Origin: Candidatus Nomurabacteria bacterium
GTDB lineage: Bacteria > Patescibacteriota > Minisyncoccia > Phycocordibacterales > UBA9973
Assembly: GCA_029288805.1 (NCBI GenBank)
Contig: JARIGO010000017.1
Span: 2,884 to 66,883, forward strand
DNA length: 64,000 nucleotides
Direction of reading: 5' to 3'
Shown: piece by piece, positions 63,313 through 64,000 of the stretch
How the letters are laid out: each line of letters begins with the position of its first letter
Position numbering within the stretch: position 1 is the first letter of the stretch
Program-made: the position numbers and the translations under genes
Notes under the pieces: model-generated
What the model was told of the DNA's origin: nothing
Databases searched by the model: none
The model's input: only the letters and a program-made list of their open reading frames with translations

Positions 63313-64000
63313 TTATTTATCCAAATCTAATATCTCATCAATACGAATCTGATGCACGAATTCCGGTACGTGTGACACCAATATCATGGCACCAGTATAG
63401 GCACTCAATGCCTTGGCAATGACTGGCAGGTGACGGAAGTTGATATGGTTTGTGGGCTCGTCGAGAATCAACAGCCCTGGTTCCATCAATACCAAGTTTG
63501 CAAATGCCACCATGCCCTTTTGCCCTTCAGAAAGACTGCCGATGCGAGTGTTGATAACGTCACTGGTGATGAGAAAGTTTGCCGCTACTGATCGCAAGCG
63601 CTCTTCATTGGGGCGCAAACCAGAACTAGCCATAGCCTTCTTCAAGGATTCATACACCGTGTCATTGAAGTCCAGCGTTGAAAAGTCCTGTCGATAATAT
63701 CCAACGCGAACATCCTTACTAATCTGTGAGCCTTTGGCAGTGCCAGTAGCAATGGATTCAAGCAATGTACTTTTACCAATACCATTTGGACCTTTGAGTA
63801 GAAGGTGCTGATTTTTCTTCAATGAAATAGCCGCTTTGCGTTCAACGACTTTGTGATTTTTTAAGATACTGAAAGAGGTGATGTGTATGAGCTCACCAAC
63901 AATATTCTGCTGAAACGGTATGGTAAATGGTCTGATGGTCTTGTCTTCCTTACGAACGTCAACGATATCCTCTTCAAGCTCCTCCGCTTTTTCGCGCATG
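63313..64000 (-). CDS. ABC-F family ATPase, C-terminal part (starts beyond the window)
   Basis: GPNGIGKST, VGYYRQ, LSEGQK and LDEPTNH; no TM segments. Confidence 0.9.
   Translation of the reverse strand, partial: MREKAEELEEDIVDVRKEDKTIRPFTIPFQQNIVGELIHITSFSILKNHKVVERKAAISLKKNQHLLLKGPNGIGKSTLLESIATGTAKGSQISKDVRVGYYRQDFSTLDFNDTVYESLKKAMASSGLRPNEERLRSVAANFLITSDVINTRIGSLSEGQKGMVAFANLVLMEPGLLILDEPTNHINFRHLPVIAKALSAYTGAMILVSHVPEFVHQIRIDEILDLDK

Noticed and set aside
1..64000. Alternative genetic code (TGA read as Gly)
   Set aside because: Conserved genes are full length under code 11, and TGA ends genes at the expected place (e.g. 38722-38724).

Overview
This window looks like a compact, gene-dense chromosome segment from a Patescibacteria (CPR, most likely Parcubacteria/Paceibacteria) genome. 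That assignment is inferred from the short DnaX, PrfA and ObgE, the stripped-down mraZ-rsmH-ftsL-ftsI cluster, the split transketolase with an rpiB/rpe/pfkB/fba block, and the absence of biosynthetic operons. TGA is used as a stop, so the code is 11. Core genes include topA (partial), dprA, serS, an ftsQ-like gene, dus, dnaX, mrdA, greA, mraZ, rsmH, ftsI, rmuC, obgE, gatB, gap, rplY, rpmE, prfA, rsmI, an S41 protease, rplI, rpmA, a MacAB-like ABC system and an ABC-F ATPase (partial). There are four tRNAs (Gln, Ala, Glu, Ile). Two expression architectures stand out. Many core genes have a -10 hexamer about 6-9 nt before the ATG and no Shine-Dalgarno, consistent with leaderless mRNAs. About 18 mostly AT-rich orphan ORFs sit between them as stand-alone units (TTGAC-type promoter, ORF, hairpin). 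Best candidates for new biology: (1) an intact NYN/PIN RNase gene faced by a convergent promoter that would make a ~55-nt antisense RNA over its 3' end; (2) a PagL-like outer-membrane lipid A deacylase in a lineage thought to lack LPS; (3) a three-gene islet with a HEPN-like gene at tRNA-Ala, with a reconstructable att site; (4) a promoter-to-terminator structured RNA candidate at 61.9 kb; (5) a 99-bp three-way-junction element at 44.9 kb; (6) a 16-bp palindromic bidirectional promoter between pfkB and fba. All calls come from reading motifs by eye; no database searches were run.
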